Assembly: GCA_028713935.1 (NCBI GenBank) | Contig: JAQTNI010000056.1 | Coordinates: 1 to 5,449 of the forward strand | Direction: 5' to 3' | DNA: 5,449 bases | From: Candidatus Iainarchaeum sp. | GTDB lineage: Archaea > Iainarchaeota > Iainarchaeia > Iainarchaeales > GCA-2688035 | Part shown: in pieces, positions 4,729 to 5,449 of the stretch | Numbering within the stretch: position 1 is the first letter of the stretch | How the letters are laid out: the number at the start of each line of letters is the position of its first letter | The notes under the pieces: model-generated | Told to the model about the DNA's origin: nothing | Seen by the model: the letters and a program-made list of their open reading frames with translations, nothing else | Database searches by the model: none | Made by a program: the position numbers and the translations under genes

Positions 4729-5256
4729 TTATGCAGGGCTAAGTGCGCTTGCAACTGTTTCAAGGCACTTGTTTTTCCAGCCTGTTTCTGGGATTTCATT
4801 GCAGATTTTTTCATCTGCCTTGTCTTCCGCAACAGCTGAAATGCATTCATATTTCACATTGGAATTGTCATTCGGATTGAAAGCGCTTACTGAATAATTG
4901 CAGAAAGAAGTGTTTGACTTGTCAACTGCAAGTGTTTTTACGCAATTGTTTCTCGCTGCAATGTCAGTGATTTTTGTGCAGGATTCAACAGTGCCCGCAT
5001 TATCAGCCAGGGCAAAAAAACAATAGTTGCGCCTGTCAGGATTTAAAATTTTTTCACAATCGCTGCTCAGAGCAGGCTCTGAGGCCACTTGCGTATTGTC
5101 AGGCAGGCTTGTTCCCTCCAAAACAGAAGGATCAACAAAATCTGGCTGTTCAATTGATTCAACTGTCGGGGGTGCTGATGCCTGAGCCACAAACCAGGCA
5201 ATTCCTGCCAGAACAACAAGTGCAACCAGGATTAGAACCGCTTTTTTTGTTCCCAT
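4729..5256 (-). CDS. secreted or membrane-anchored protein with four Cys-pair repeats
   Basis: Start ATG 5256 gives MGTKKAVLILVALVVLAGIAWFVAQASA (signal-peptide-like), then a P/S/E/D-rich linker, then four C-x11(18)-C modules. GGTG lies 6 nt upstream and TTATATATTT ~35 nt upstream. The track's extension to 5412 begins at a TTG and adds 52 residues upstream of that signal-peptide-like N-terminus. Confidence 0.75.
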   Translation of the reverse strand: MGTKKAVLILVALVVLAGIAWFVAQASAPPTVESIEQPDFVDPSVLEGTSLPDNTQVASEPALSSDCEKILNPDRRNYCFFALADNAGTVESCTKITDIAARNNCVKTLAVDKSNTSFCNYSVSAFNPNDNSNVKYECISAVAEDKADEKICNEIPETGWKNKCLETVASALSPA

Positions 5257-5262
5257 TAAAAA

Positions 5263-5300
5263 CACCAATTGAAATATATTAGTAATAAACAAATATATAA
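5263..5300 (-). promoter_or_regulatory. TATA-like box and SD of the Cys-repeat gene
   Basis: The minus strand reads TTATATATTT (5300-5291) ... GGTG (5266-5263) tttttaATG. Confidence 0.4.
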
Positions 5301-5361
5301 GGTTTTTTAACTGCAGCTCTGTTGTCTTATCCCGATTTAAGTTCCTCTCTAAAAGTGAAGT

Positions 5362-5400
5362 AGCTTCCTCATTAGACTGGGAGGTCTTTATGAGGAAGCT
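5362..5400 (+). promoter_or_regulatory. perfect 11-bp inverted repeat enclosing the SD and start codon of the right-edge ORF
   Basis: agcttcctcat (5362-5372) is the exact reverse complement of atgaggaagct (5390-5400). The 17-nt spacer contains GGGAGGT (5379-5385). The repeat itself is certain; its function (RNA hairpin or DNA operator) is not. Confidence 0.5.
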
Positions 5401-5449
5401 GAACAAAAACAAGGTTCGGTGGATTATAAAACAAATGCGGTTGGGCGAA
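5390..5449 (+). CDS. 5' end of a basic ORF (partial, runs off the right edge)
   Basis: ATG 5390 is preceded by GGGAGGT + 4 nt, the strongest SD in the window. There are 20 open codons, MRKLNKNKVRWIIKQMRLGE. Only 60 nt are visible. Confidence 0.45.
   Translation, partial: MRKLNKNKVRWIIKQMRLGE

Noticed and set aside
97-5282. Track ORFs antisense to, or out of frame within, the called genes. Minus strand: 97-372, 416-766, 875-1270, 1098-1349, 1274-1465, 1674-2102, 2056-2319, 2478-2852, 2695-2877, 3744-4277, 4126-4383, 4430-4615, 4665-4850. Plus strand: 1417-1632, 3419-3619, 4715-4897, 4974-5282.
   Set aside because: Each lies inside a gene with strong family motifs or a coherent signal-peptide/repeat architecture. 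Their translations are Phe/Leu/Ser-rich low-complexity strings, as expected from the complement of Lys/Glu-rich A-rich coding sequence. None has an SD or TATA context.
5257-5412. 52-residue N-terminal extension of the Cys-repeat protein ORF (TTG at 5412)
   Set aside because: It would place a typical signal peptide (MGTKKAVLILV...) internally, run through the gene's own TATA-like box and SD, and overlap the start of the + strand ORF at 5390.
1-5449. Scan for tRNA, rRNA, CRISPR repeats, long direct or terminal inverted repeats, and C/D-box-like sRNAs
   Set aside because: I found no cloverleaf-compatible GC-rich segment, no regularly spaced repeats over 20 bp, and no long repeated blocks by eye. 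Isolated UGAUGA/CUGA strings occur only inside well-supported coding regions. A computational scan would be needed for certainty.

Overview
AT-rich, tightly packed prokaryotic fragment that I read as archaeal, probably from a small-genome lineage. This is inferred from an archaeal/eukaryal-type Pth2, TATA-like boxes about 25-35 bp upstream of starts, oligo-T tracts right after stops, GGTGA-type Shine-Dalgarno boxes, several TTG starts and orphan secreted proteins. Gene order: 3' end of an unidentified gene (1-137,+); ribulose-phosphate 3-epimerase (153-800,+); an apparent operon of ArsR-family wHTH regulator (892-1224), class I cysteine desulfurase NifS/IscS (1239-2420) and an IscU/NifU-type scaffold (2431-3087) whose C-terminal BFD-like domain has lost three of four Cys ligands; a convergent orphan membrane-anchored surface protein (3084-3686,-) whose stop shares a CTAG with the scaffold gene; divergently, peptidyl-tRNA hydrolase Pth2 (3748-4089,+); an RHH-like antitoxin / RelE-like toxin pair (4177-4428 and 4433-4714,+); a convergent secreted protein built of four ~26-aa Cys-pair repeats (4729-5256,-); and the first 20 codons of a basic ORF (5390-5449,+) whose start codon lies in a perfect 11-bp inverted repeat. 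I saw no rRNA, tRNA, CRISPR array or complete mobile element. Nothing here is demonstrably a new multi-gene system. The most checkable non-obvious signals are the tandem ATGAA-N6-TTCAT dyads upstream of the Fe-S operon, the relic BFD domain, four 11-bp-phased GTGYAT hexamers in front of the toxin-antitoxin pair, the Cys-pair repeat protein, and the start-codon-sequestering hairpin at the right edge. All family assignments are by-eye motif recognition, not database searches.
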